From Ilumatobacteraceae bacterium (GTDB lineage Bacteria; Actinomycetota; Acidimicrobiia; Acidimicrobiales; Ilumatobacteraceae): a stretch of DNA of 64,000 nt. Where the stretch lies: the NCBI GenBank assembly GCA_031370825.1, contig JANMRB010000157.1:14556-78555 (forward strand), in the 5' to 3' direction. Each line of letters begins with the position of its first letter. Positions within the stretch are counted from its first letter, which is position 1. The notes beneath the pieces were generated by a model. That model searched no databases. It was not told the DNA's origin and saw nothing but the letters and a program-made list of their open reading frames with translations. Below, one piece after another: positions 35,610 through 44,551 of the stretch. The position numbers and the translations under genes are program-made.

Positions 35610-36411
35610 GACGGCCGCGCATCAACACCTCTTGGGCGACAGTGGCGACATGCACGCCATCCGCGGAGAACACGTGACCGATCGCCAGGCCACGACCGCC
35701 GACGAAGGTGTGGCACGTGAAATCGTGCAGATGCCAGTTGTCGGCATGCACCGGACGGTGGAACCACATCGTGTGATCCAAGCTGGCCGCATATCGGCCC
35801 TCGACATCGAGACCGATCGCGGCTCGCACCGAGTCGGTCGGGAGATCGTCGGAGAGGTATGCCAACCAACAGCGGTGCAACAGCTGATCATCCCCCAAGG
35901 CGGCATTGACCTTCATCCATGCCAACGTGCGGCCAGCCCCGAGTCGACCCGCCGACGACGGTGACGATGCAACCCAATCGGCCGGCACGAAGCGTCGCTC
36001 AAAAGACGGTGTCCACGACTCGGGGGTCAGCGACTCCGGGCCGGGAATGCCTGCATCCATGGCGACCGTCTCCCGATCGATCGATGGTTCGGGACGCTGG
36101 AAGGATGCTTCGAGGTTGAGGATCGCGCCGACTGCCTGACGGGCGATGACCCGACGCGTCGAGAAGCTGCGGCCGTTGCGAATGCGGTCCACCTCGAAGC
36201 GGATCGGCTCGGTGTGGTCCCCACGGCGGATGAAATACGAGCGCAGCGAATGAACTTCCAGATCTCTGTCGACGGTGCTTGCCGCAGCACGTAAAGCCTG
36301 AGCCACGATCTGGCCGCCATACAATCCGCCCCACGGATACTGCGGCCCAATTCCGACGAAGGTGTCGGCTCCGTGAGGTTCGAGATCGAAAAGTCGGCTG
36401 AGATCCATCAA
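35578..36411 (-). CDS. tesB: acyl-CoA thioesterase II
   Basis: LFDLEPHGADTFVGIGPQYPWGGLYGGQIVAQALRAA and a double-hotdog length of 277 aa. Confidence 0.8.
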   Translation of the reverse strand: MMDLSRLFDLEPHGADTFVGIGPQYPWGGLYGGQIVAQALRAAASTVDRDLEVHSLRSYFIRRGDHTEPIRFEVDRIRNGRSFSTRRVIARQAVGAILNLEASFQRPEPSIDRETVAMDAGIPGPESLTPESWTPSFERRFVPADWVASSPSSAGRLGAGRTLAWMKVNAALGDDQLLHRCWLAYLSDDLPTDSVRAAIGLDVEGRYAASLDHTMWFHRPVHADNWHLHDFTCHTFVGGRGLAIGHVFSADGVHVATVAQEVLMRGRRDEQTGPHAS

Positions 36412-36428
36412 GATCAGCGTAACTATTG

Positions 36429-36448
36429 AGTTTCATGATTATGAAACT
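36429..36448. promoter_or_regulatory. perfect 8-bp-arm inverted repeat abutting the start of the basic 141-aa ORF
   Basis: AGTTTCAT-gatt-ATGAAACT sits in the AT-rich 37-bp divergent intergenic region between tesB and the ORF at 36449. Confidence 0.4.
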
Positions 36449-36874
36449 ATGATGTGCGCCATGGCGAAAAGAGGGCCCAAAGGGCCGATGACGGATGAGC
36501 ACAAGGCTGCGCTCGCAATGGGCCGTAACGAGGGTAATGCAGTTCGCAATTATCTGGAGGCGTTGCGAAGCAACAAGCCGAAGCGTGGCCGGCGACGCAC
36601 ACGGGAGTCGATCGCCGCCCGTTTGAGCGCAATAGACGACGAGTTGGCCAGTGCCGATCCGATGAACGAGTTGCGGCTTCGCCAGGAACGGCGCGATCTG
36701 CAGGCTGAAATGACGTCTCTCGGCGCCAAGGTCGACATCAGTGCCCTGGAGAACGGGTTCATTGCAGTTGGCAAGTCGTACAGCGCCCGGCAGGGCATTT
36801 CCTATGCCACGTGGCGCGAGATCGGTGTGGATGCTGCCGTGTTGAAGCGTGCCGGCATCTCCCGCACCGAGTGA
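36449..36874 (+). CDS. hypothetical basic protein
   Basis: MAKRGPKGPMTDEHKAALAMGRNEGNAVRNYLEALRSNKPKRGRRRTRESIAARL... is a Lys/Arg-rich N-terminal half followed by a predicted helical C-terminal half. There are three in-frame ATGs (36449, 36452, 36461), so the start is uncertain. Confidence 0.6.
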   Translation: MMCAMAKRGPKGPMTDEHKAALAMGRNEGNAVRNYLEALRSNKPKRGRRRTRESIAARLSAIDDELASADPMNELRLRQERRDLQAEMTSLGAKVDISALENGFIAVGKSYSARQGISYATWREIGVDAAVLKRAGISRTE

Positions 36875-36900
36875 TCCTGCCGGGGTTTCGCGCCGTCGAG

Positions 36901-38202
36901 TCAGAGCTTGTCGAGCGCGTTGAACACCGATTCGCTGTGCTGTAACGAACGCTGCAGATCGAACGCCTCGTCGAGCAATTCGGGCTTCACCGAAACGCGT
37001 TGATCAGCATCGAGCAAGTCGCGGAAGGATCGCTTGTCGCGCCACGCCCGCGCAGCATTTTCTTGGACAATGCGATATGCCTCGTCGCGATCGAGCCCAC
37101 CTTGTACCAATGCCAGCAGCACCGGCTGGCTGAACACCAATCCGAAGCTCGACTCGAGGTTTGCCGACATGCGATCCGGAAAAACCTGCAACCCGGCCAG
37201 CAATCGCTGCATCCGGCGCAACGTGTAATAGGCCAAGAGCGAACTATCGGGGAGGATGATTCGTTCTACGGAGCTGTGGGAGATATCCCGTTCGTGCCAC
37301 AGCGCGATGTCCTGCATTCCTGCCTGGAGGTTGCCTCGCAACACCCGGGACAATCCACTGATGGTTTCTGCGCTGATCGGATTGCGCTTGTGAGGCATCG
37401 CGCTCGAACCTTTTTGACCGGGCTTGAAGCCCTCCTGCACCTCGCCGACTTCGGTGCGTTGAAGATGACGCAACTCGACCGCGATCATCTCCATCGTCGT
37501 TCCGACAGCTGCGCATGCCCAGAGGTATTCGGCGTGCCGATCCCGGGCTATCACCTGCGTGGCCGGCACCGGCGTGAGACCGAGACGTTCACCGACGAAC
37601 GACTCGACCGATGGATCGATGTTGGAGTACGTGCCCACCGCGCCGCTGAGCTTGCACACCGCTATTGCATGCCGGGCGGTGCGCAGTCGCTCGCGATCGC
37701 GATCGATTTGCAGTGCCCACAGTGCGACCTTGGCACCGAAGGTGGTCGGCTCAGCGTGGATCCCGTGCGTTCGCCCGATCATCACGGTTCGGCGATGAGC
37801 TCTGGCGAGTTCGATCACCGTTGTCAGCAACGAGGACGATGCATCGATCAACAGATCCGCAGCATCGCGCAACGCCCAGCACCACGCAGTGTCGACGATG
37901 TCGCTGGACGTGAGCCCGTAGTGGATCCACGCCGCAGCCGGCTGACCGATCGCTGCCTGCATCACATCGACGAACGCTGCGACATCGTGGTCGGTGACGG
38001 CCTCGCGTTCACTGACCGCCTGCACGAAGGCCTCGTCGACCACCGGCGCATTGGCGCGGCACGTCGCCGCATCCTCCGCCGGCACCACGCCAAGCCGGGC
38101 CTGTGCCAGCGTGGCGAGTAGTTCGATCTCGACGTACCGACCGAATCGAGTGGTGTCGGAGAACACCGCTGCCATCTCCGGCAGCGAGTACCGATCGATC
38201 AC
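36901..38202 (-). CDS. purB: adenylosuccinate lyase
   Basis: VIDRYSLPEMAAVFSD..., fumarate-lyase signature GSSAMPHKRNP. I chose the GTG at 38202, which overlaps the purA TGA as GTGA. The Arg-rich ORF extension to 38349 was rejected. Confidence 0.9.
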   Translation of the reverse strand: MIDRYSLPEMAAVFSDTTRFGRYVEIELLATLAQARLGVVPAEDAATCRANAPVVDEAFVQAVSEREAVTDHDVAAFVDVMQAAIGQPAAAWIHYGLTSSDIVDTAWCWALRDAADLLIDASSSLLTTVIELARAHRRTVMIGRTHGIHAEPTTFGAKVALWALQIDRDRERLRTARHAIAVCKLSGAVGTYSNIDPSVESFVGERLGLTPVPATQVIARDRHAEYLWACAAVGTTMEMIAVELRHLQRTEVGEVQEGFKPGQKGSSAMPHKRNPISAETISGLSRVLRGNLQAGMQDIALWHERDISHSSVERIILPDSSLLAYYTLRRMQRLLAGLQVFPDRMSANLESSFGLVFSQPVLLALVQGGLDRDEAYRIVQENAARAWRDKRSFRDLLDADQRVSVKPELLDEAFDLQRSLQHSESVFNALDKL

Positions 38203-39422
38203 TGCCACTCCAGCACTGCATCGCGTGCAGGACCGGTGCCGACTATCCGCACTGGCACCCCGACCTCGGCCTCGACCAGAGCCACGAACTCGGCCGCTCT
38301 GGGCGGTAGGTCGCTGCGACTGCGCACCGCGGAGATGTCGCACAGCCATCCGTCGAGGACCGCGTACACCGGATGGCCATCACCGTCGTACTCGGTGCAG
38401 ACCTTCATCTCCGAGAACGTGTCGAGCACGTCGAGCTTGGTCAGGGCAATCTCCGTCAGCGAGTTGATTCGCACCGCCTTGCGCAACATCACGCAATCGA
38501 GCCAGCCGGTACGACGTCGCCGACCGGTGACGGTGCCGAACTCGTGGCCGATGTCGACCAGCCTGTCGCCGATCTCGTCGAGCAACTCGGTCGGGAACGG
38601 GCCACTGCCGACGCGCGTCGTGTACGCCTTCGTGATGCCCACGATGCGGTTGAGGTACAGCGGACCGATGCCGGTGCCGACGCACGCCCCGCCCGCGGTC
38701 GGGTTCGAGGACGTGACGTACGGATATGTGCCGTGGTCGAGATCGAGGAACGTCGCCTGCGCGCCCTCGAGCAGGAGGTGGTCGCCGGCGTCGAGGGCGT
38801 CGTGGAGCAGTTGCACAGTGTCCGTCACGTATGGCGCAAGACGCCTCCCGAAGGTGCTGAAGCGTTCGACCACATCATCGACGTCGAGTGGTTCACCACC
38901 CAGCGCGACGATCTCTGCGTTGTGACTGACCGCGCGCTCTTTGACCGCGGTGGCAAACCCATCGGGATCGAGCACCTCGCCGGCGCGCACACCTTCGCGT
39001 CGAGCCTTGTCGGCATATGCCGGACCGATGCCCTTGAGCGTGGTGCCGATCCGAGCGTCGCCTCGACCCGCTTCGTACAGCGCGTCGAGCGCCTGATGCC
39101 ACGGGAAGATGAGGTGCGCCTGACTGCTGACCATGAGCTTGGCGCAGCTCACACCTCGGCCTTCGAGCGTGTCGATCTCGTTGAACAGCGTCGGCATGTC
39201 GACCACGACGCCGTTCGCGATCACAGGGAACACATGCGGATACAACACGCCGCTCGGGACGAGCTGCAGCGCATAGCGCTCGGTACCCACGACCACCGTG
39301 TGGCCGGCGTTGTGGCCACCTTGGTAGCGCACGACGTGGGTGTGCTCGCTAGCCAGAAGGTCGATGACCTTGGCCTTGCCCTCATCCCCCCACTGGGCTC
39401 CAACGACGACGGTGACGGGCAT
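38199..39422 (-). CDS. purA: adenylosuccinate synthetase
   Basis: MPVTVVVGAQWGDEGKAKVIDLLA, GTTLKGIGPAY, TGWLD. Confidence 0.95.
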   Translation of the reverse strand: MPVTVVVGAQWGDEGKAKVIDLLASEHTHVVRYQGGHNAGHTVVVGTERYALQLVPSGVLYPHVFPVIANGVVVDMPTLFNEIDTLEGRGVSCAKLMVSSQAHLIFPWHQALDALYEAGRGDARIGTTLKGIGPAYADKARREGVRAGEVLDPDGFATAVKERAVSHNAEIVALGGEPLDVDDVVERFSTFGRRLAPYVTDTVQLLHDALDAGDHLLLEGAQATFLDLDHGTYPYVTSSNPTAGGACVGTGIGPLYLNRIVGITKAYTTRVGSGPFPTELLDEIGDRLVDIGHEFGTVTGRRRRTGWLDCVMLRKAVRINSLTEIALTKLDVLDTFSEMKVCTEYDGDGHPVYAVLDGWLCDISAVRSRSDLPPRAAEFVALVEAEVGVPVRIVGTGPARDAVLEWQ

Positions 39423-39454
39423 GGCGAGACGCTCCTAGAGGCTTCGGGCGGAAC

Positions 39455-40810
39455 GTGGGTGAATCCTACCCGATACCCTCGTCGCTCATGTCGGTGCTGC
39501 GCACGATGACCTGGTCGGCGATGGACGAGGGGGCGCGGCAGGCGCTGTGCGCACGCGGGTTGAAGGCCATCTTCGACCCGGATCTGAAGGCCGCGATCCA
39601 ACGCATCATCGACGACGTCCGCGCCAATGGCGACGAGGCCGTCTGCCGGGCGTTGAGCGAATTCGATCACGTCTCGATCGAACCGGACAAACTCCGCGCG
39701 ACGGTCGACGAGATAGAGGCCGCCGAAGTATCAGCCGATGTCGACAAGGCCATCGACGACGCAATTGCTCACCTGCGAGCCTTCAACGAACAAGTCATGA
39801 CGCGATCCGCGAACTGGAGCTTCCAGAGCGAGCCCGGCCTGTGGGTGGGCGAGAAGATCACACCGATCAGTTCTGCGGGGCTCTTCGTGCCGAGTGGAAA
39901 GGCCAGCTATCCAAGCGTCGTTTATCAGCTCGGCGTGCCGGCGACAGTCGCTGCTGTGCCCGAGCTCGCCCTCGTCGTGCCGCCGGTTCCGAACGGAGGA
40001 GGGCGCATCGATCCCGCGGTACTTGTCGTCTGTCGCAAGCTCGGCATCGGCAACATCTTCAGGGTCAACGGGCCGGCCGGTGTAGCCGCGCTCGGCTTCG
40101 GAACCGCGACGATCCCCAAGGTCCGCAAGATCGTCGGTCCGGGAAGTCCACCTGTCGCGTGCGCGCAGGTCGAGATGCAGCGTTACGGCGTCTCCACCAT
40201 GATGATCCTCGGTCCAACCGAAAGCCTGGTGATCGCCGACGATTCCGCCGACCCTCGTTATGTTGCTGCAGACCTATTGAACGAGGCCGAACACGGCACC
40301 GACTCGACGGTGATCCTTGTGACGACGTCGAAGAGCTTGCTGGCGGCGGTCGAGACAGCGTTGTCGGAGCAATTGGTCGAGCTGCCCGCGGCACGAGCCG
40401 AGGCCGCACGGGCCGCTCTCGGCATCAACGGCGGCTGCGTCATCGTCTCCGATCTCGGCGAGGCGGCAGAGGTCGCCAATCGATGGGCGCCCGAGCACCT
40501 TCAAGTCGCGGTGGAGCCCGCAGCCGAGACCGAACTGCTCGACCGCTTGGTCAACGCCGGTGAGATCCTCGTCGGCCAGGACACGTTGTTCGCCGCCGCC
40601 AACTTCGTGATCGGCTGCCCAGCCAGCTTGCCGACCGGGGGTTTCGCCCACGTGTCGAGTGGCATCACTGCCGATGCCTTCCTCAAGCGGACCGCGGTCG
40701 CCCGCGCCGACGCGACCGCGCGCCGGCGCATGACCTCGACGATCGTCTCGATGAGCAACCAAGAAGGATTTGACGCTCACGCCAACTCGGCGCTGGTCCG
40801 ACGCGACTGA
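39455..40810 (+). CDS. histidinol dehydrogenase family protein (divergent, not in a his operon)
   Basis: HisD-like layout: RANGDEAVCRALSEFD, KIVGPGSPPV, LGPTESLVIAD, LLNEAEHGTDS, WAPEHLQV, EGFDAHANS. Several canonical positions differ (see findings). The start is uncertain (GTG 39455 or ATG near 39488). Confidence 0.7.
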   Translation: MGESYPIPSSLMSVLRTMTWSAMDEGARQALCARGLKAIFDPDLKAAIQRIIDDVRANGDEAVCRALSEFDHVSIEPDKLRATVDEIEAAEVSADVDKAIDDAIAHLRAFNEQVMTRSANWSFQSEPGLWVGEKITPISSAGLFVPSGKASYPSVVYQLGVPATVAAVPELALVVPPVPNGGGRIDPAVLVVCRKLGIGNIFRVNGPAGVAALGFGTATIPKVRKIVGPGSPPVACAQVEMQRYGVSTMMILGPTESLVIADDSADPRYVAADLLNEAEHGTDSTVILVTTSKSLLAAVETALSEQLVELPAARAEAARAALGINGGCVIVSDLGEAAEVANRWAPEHLQVAVEPAAETELLDRLVNAGEILVGQDTLFAAANFVIGCPASLPTGGFAHVSSGITADAFLKRTAVARADATARRRMTSTIVSMSNQEGFDAHANSALVRRD

Positions 40811-40861
40811 GGCTGTCCCGGCAATCTTGACGAGAACTTGACAATTCGCTCGGGAGTCATT

Positions 40862-40881
40862 TGCATATATGCATATGTGCA
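40862..40881. promoter_or_regulatory. 20-bp near-perfect AT-rich palindrome upstream of the ParA-like gene (candidate operator or centromere-like site)
   Basis: TGCATATATGCATATGTGCA. The first 12 nt (TGCATATATGCA) are a perfect palindrome, and the full 20-mer matches its reverse complement at 18 of 20 positions. A TTGACA hexamer lies at 40838-40843. Confidence 0.45.
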
Positions 40882-40948
40882 CTCAGCGGACCGTCATCAA
40901 CGCGTGAGCTTCCTCCCCCCGCCTCAGCCCCACCTCCCGCTCGGTGAG

Positions 40949-41755
40949 GTGATTACGGTCGCCCACACCAAAGGCGGCGCGGGCAAGACGTCGCTGACGT
41001 TCAACCTTGCGTACGCGCTATCGACCTGCGGTGCGCGAGTTCTCGTGGTCGACCTCGACCAGCAGACCGGTCAATCCGTCTTCCTCGGCGACGCAGCACC
41101 GCGACGTATGCCAGGCGCGCGCGACGTCCCCGACGTCGGCGCCGTGCTACTCGGACGCGCCAAACTCGAAGAGGCGTTGGTACGAGGTGTGCACCCGAAC
41201 CTCGACGTGCTTCCCGCAAATGATGTCTCGATGGGGAATGCCGGCCGACAGCTCACCGATCCGTGGGTCCGCAGCCGCCTGATCGACCTGCTCGACGCGG
41301 CGCGCGAAGAGTGGGACGTCGTTCTCGTCGACACGCCCGGTCATCAGTCGGGCGTCGTGGTCGCGGCGCTCAGCGGATCATCCGGTGCGATCGTTCCGAT
41401 GGTGCCCGAGGCGGGGCCGGTCGCCGAGCTGCCCACCATCCTCAACACCATTCGCGCCACCGCCGATGTCAATGCCCACCCGGAGGTGTACGGCATCATC
41501 AAGATGCGCATCTGGGGCAGCAGCAACTACCGACGCGACGCCGAAGAACAGATCCGGGTGATCGCCGAGAAGCACGAAGTCCCACTCTTCCGCAACAAGA
41601 TCCCCGAGGATGCGAAGTTCGGCGAGGCCCACCTCGTCGGCCTGCCAGTCGGGGCGTACCACCACAGCGCCCGGTCCGCGACGGCTTACCGCCACGTCGC
41701 CTACGAACTGATCCAACGGCGGGGTTGGCGCTTCCCCGTCCCGGAGTTGGTGTAG
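40949..41755 (+). CDS. ParA/Soj-family P-loop ATPase
   Basis: VITVAHTKGGAGKTSLTFNLAYAL (deviant Walker A) and VLVVDLDQQ. I chose the GTG at 40949, because ParA proteins start only a few residues before KGG.GKT. The ORF-track TTG at 40838 would run through the palindrome. Confidence 0.8.
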   Translation: MITVAHTKGGAGKTSLTFNLAYALSTCGARVLVVDLDQQTGQSVFLGDAAPRRMPGARDVPDVGAVLLGRAKLEEALVRGVHPNLDVLPANDVSMGNAGRQLTDPWVRSRLIDLLDAAREEWDVVLVDTPGHQSGVVVAALSGSSGAIVPMVPEAGPVAELPTILNTIRATADVNAHPEVYGIIKMRIWGSSNYRRDAEEQIRVIAEKHEVPLFRNKIPEDAKFGEAHLVGLPVGAYHHSARSATAYRHVAYELIQRRGWRFPVPELV

Positions 41756-41757
41756 CG

Positions 41758-42198
41758 ATGGACGCAGTACAGGGGCCTCGACGTGCTTCGCCGAACCATC
41801 CCTCGCAGGGTCGCGGCACATCGCTCGGGCGAGGTGCGGCCGGAGGGCGACTGCGCGGCCACCTCGTCCCCCACTCGTTGCACGCCGACGCTCGTCGCCT
41901 CAAGTTGTCACAGCAGGCCCGTCGAGGTCATCGAATAACGTGGGACGACGTCGCCATCGAAGCAGTCGAGCTCCTGTTGGCGCAACGCGACGAAGTTGCC
42001 AGACGACTGACCGACGTTCGCCGACTGGCGGACCAGGCCACCGTCGGACCTCGACTCGTGCAAGCAACGATCCCGATCGACCTCGATCACGCGCTGGGTG
42101 AACTTCGGCTCGACCTTGCCGACGAGTTCGGCCGCGACGTCTCATACGAGCAACTCTGGTCGGCGGCGCTGCTGATCTGGCTTCGCGCCCACCGATGA
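41758..42198 (+). CDS. small DNA-binding-type protein with two ribbon-helix-helix-like segments (ParG/CopG-like partner of ParA)
   Basis: The ATG lies 3 nt after the parA stop. Two segments show a beta-alpha-alpha pattern: LVPHSLHADARRLKLSQQARRGHRITWDDVAIEAVELLLAQ and VQATIPIDLDHALGELRLDLADEFGRDVSYEQLWSAALLIWL. Only the 3' part of the 311-aa track ORF (41263..42198) is used. Confidence 0.55.
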   Translation: MDAVQGPRRASPNHPSQGRGTSLGRGAAGGRLRGHLVPHSLHADARRLKLSQQARRGHRITWDDVAIEAVELLLAQRDEVARRLTDVRRLADQATVGPRLVQATIPIDLDHALGELRLDLADEFGRDVSYEQLWSAALLIWLRAHR

Positions 42199-43391
42199 CG
42201 TCGCGTCCGATGAGCGACGACACCGAACGCCACGCCACCAACCTCGAGCTGTTCCTCGATCTCGTCTTTGTCTTCGCCGTCACCCAGATCGCTTCACTCC
42301 TCAGCCATGATCTGACACTGAGAGGCACGGCGCGAGCCCTGCTGATCGCCGGGTTGGTGTGGTGGCAGTGGTCGCAGTTCACGTGGGCCGGTTCGGCAGC
42401 TGATCTTCAGCAACGTTCGGTGACCCGCGTGCTGGTGCTGTGCACGATCCCGGCGACCCTGACCATGGCGGTCTCGATCCCAAACGCGTTCCACGATGCG
42501 TCCCATGGCTCCGGGCCGCGAGATTCAGGTGCGTGGTTCGGAGTCGCCTACATGGCCGTGCAGTTGCTCGTGCTCGGCATGCAGGGCAACGAGGCAATGC
42601 ACGAGCCGGCAACCCGCAAGGCGTTCATCAACTTCGCCTCGTTCGCGTCGATCGCGCCCGTGCTCGTACTCGGCGGGGGCTTTGCCCATGGCGGGTTGCG
42701 AACCGGGTTGTGGATCGCGGCGGGTCTGATCAATGTTGGCGGAGCCATGCGCGGCGCATCCGGTGAATGGGTGATCAACCCGGTGCACTTCGCCGAACGA
42801 CACACCTTGTTCGTCATCATCTCCCTCGGTGAGGCGTTGGTGGCGATCGGCGCCACTACGTCGGATCTCGGGCTGTCGTTCAGAATCCTGGTCGGCCTGG
42901 TCTCGGCAACCGCGGTCGCCTGTGTGACTTGGTGGGTGTACTTCGCATTCATCCCCAGCGTCGCGGAATACACGCTCGAGAACACCCGCAGTACTAAGCG
43001 CGGCAAGGCGGCACGCGATCTGTTCACCTTCGGTCACTTCCCGATCGTGACTGGGATCCTGGCCTACGCGGTTGTGGCCAAGCACATGGTCGCAGAGCCC
43101 GCCCACACGCTGCCCATCGCGTATCGCTGGCTGCTGATCAGCGCATTCGCCATGTTGATCGGTGGGTGTCTCCACATTCAATGGCGCGTTGTACACCGTC
43201 TCGCTGTCGAACGCTTCGTCGCAGTCGCTGGCATCACCGTGTGGGTGCTCGCCGGCAGGTCACTTTCCGGATGGGCTGTGGTCGGCGGGATTGCCGTGAT
43301 CCTCGCAGTCATGCAAGCGATCACGTGGCGACGGTTTCGAAAGGGTGCTCTAGCCGATTTGAGTTCCGGTCTGTCGAGCCATCCTCAATAG
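42195..43391 (+). CDS. ltrA: low-temperature-requirement LtrA-family membrane protein
   Basis: ATNLELFLDLVFVFAVTQIA N-terminal signature and a polytopic body of 398 aa. The ATG overlaps the upstream TGA as ATGA. Confidence 0.8.
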   Translation: MTSRPMSDDTERHATNLELFLDLVFVFAVTQIASLLSHDLTLRGTARALLIAGLVWWQWSQFTWAGSAADLQQRSVTRVLVLCTIPATLTMAVSIPNAFHDASHGSGPRDSGAWFGVAYMAVQLLVLGMQGNEAMHEPATRKAFINFASFASIAPVLVLGGGFAHGGLRTGLWIAAGLINVGGAMRGASGEWVINPVHFAERHTLFVIISLGEALVAIGATTSDLGLSFRILVGLVSATAVACVTWWVYFAFIPSVAEYTLENTRSTKRGKAARDLFTFGHFPIVTGILAYAVVAKHMVAEPAHTLPIAYRWLLISAFAMLIGGCLHIQWRVVHRLAVERFVAVAGITVWVLAGRSLSGWAVVGGIAVILAVMQAITWRRFRKGALADLSSGLSSHPQ

Positions 43392-44528
43392 CAAGAGGTC
43401 ATAGATCGCCTTCAACGAACCGGCGATGATCAATGGCCAGCCGAACGTCGAGTGATCGAGCATCCAACCCGCGGCGATCGGTGGCAGCGCCGATGCCAAG
43501 CTGCGCGGCACGTTGGTCACGCTCGCCGCAGCAGCCCGTTCGGCCGGAGTGACGACCGACATCACATAGGCGTTGCGCACCGGCACATCCATGCTCGAGA
43601 GCAGGCTGCGGGCAACAAGGCAGGCCACGGCCAGAGGAGCGTTGGGCATCAGCGCGGCGGAGATGAGCAGGATCTGACCAGGGAGGTGGGTGAAGGCCAT
43701 GGTGCGCAACGGCCCGAGACGCCGTTCGATCCGAACAGCGATGAAGCCCGACGCTGCGGACAGGATCTGCATCACTGCCAACACGGCGCCCGCTTTGCCG
43801 ACGGAGAAGTGGTGGCGCCGCAAGAGCCAAAGCACCAGGAGCGACTGAACTGCGAAACCTCCGCCGAACGAGTCGAGGGTGAAGAGCGCAGCGAGGCGAT
43901 AGACGACTCGCTTCGAGGGTCCGAGTGGCGTCGGCGGTACGGCCTGTGCGGCTGCCTCGACGTTCGGAGACATCGTCGCGTACACGGCCAGCATCGCAAC
44001 ACCCGCCAGCGCATACACGAAGAACACCGAGTTCGCTCTCCAATGAAGACGCGCCGGTAACCCGGCCGAGAGAGCACCGAGCGAGGCGAGTGCTCCACCG
44101 AAGAAGGTGTAACGGGCGAACACATGCGACCGTTGATCGTCGCTCGTCGTCAGTGGCAACAGCGACTGCTCGATCGGTTGGACCACGCTGACATCGCTGC
44201 CGCTCGGGTTCATGGTTCCGATCACACCGAGGGCCAACAACACGATGAAAGTCGTCGAGGTTGCGTAGACCAACCCGGTGATGACCATCAGCAGAGCGCC
44301 CGCGCGCAGCAGCAATCGGCGTTCGAACCTCCACCCCCAGGTGCCGGTGAACATGGTCAGCACTGCAGATCCCAGCAACATGCCGGTCACGATCACGCCG
44401 ATCCGCGTCGCGCTGTAGCCCAGCTGGTCGCCGAGGTATCCGGCCAGAGACGCAGCGACCAACCCGTCGGCGTAGCCACGAAGCCCACGCGTTGCAATCA
44501 AACGTGTGCCGTCGCCGGTGATCATCAC
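43350..44528 (-). CDS. MFS transporter
   Basis: 392 aa with about 12 hydrophobic helices. N-terminal GLRGYADGLVAASLAGYL... Confidence 0.75.
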   Translation of the reverse strand: MMITGDGTRLIATRGLRGYADGLVAASLAGYLGDQLGYSATRIGVIVTGMLLGSAVLTMFTGTWGWRFERRLLLRAGALLMVITGLVYATSTTFIVLLALGVIGTMNPSGSDVSVVQPIEQSLLPLTTSDDQRSHVFARYTFFGGALASLGALSAGLPARLHWRANSVFFVYALAGVAMLAVYATMSPNVEAAAQAVPPTPLGPSKRVVYRLAALFTLDSFGGGFAVQSLLVLWLLRRHHFSVGKAGAVLAVMQILSAASGFIAVRIERRLGPLRTMAFTHLPGQILLISAALMPNAPLAVACLVARSLLSSMDVPVRNAYVMSVVTPAERAAAASVTNVPRSLASALPPIAAGWMLDHSTFGWPLIIAGSLKAIYDLLLLRMARQTGTQIG

Positions 44529-44551
44529 ACCTCTTTACTTCATGGTGGACC

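Noticed and set aside
41263-41757. 5' two-thirds of the 311-aa track ORF, running out of frame through the ParA-like gene.
   Set aside because: It is Arg/Pro-rich and overlaps the ParA reading frame, which has clear Walker motifs. Only the part after the parA stop (41758..42198) looks like a real protein.
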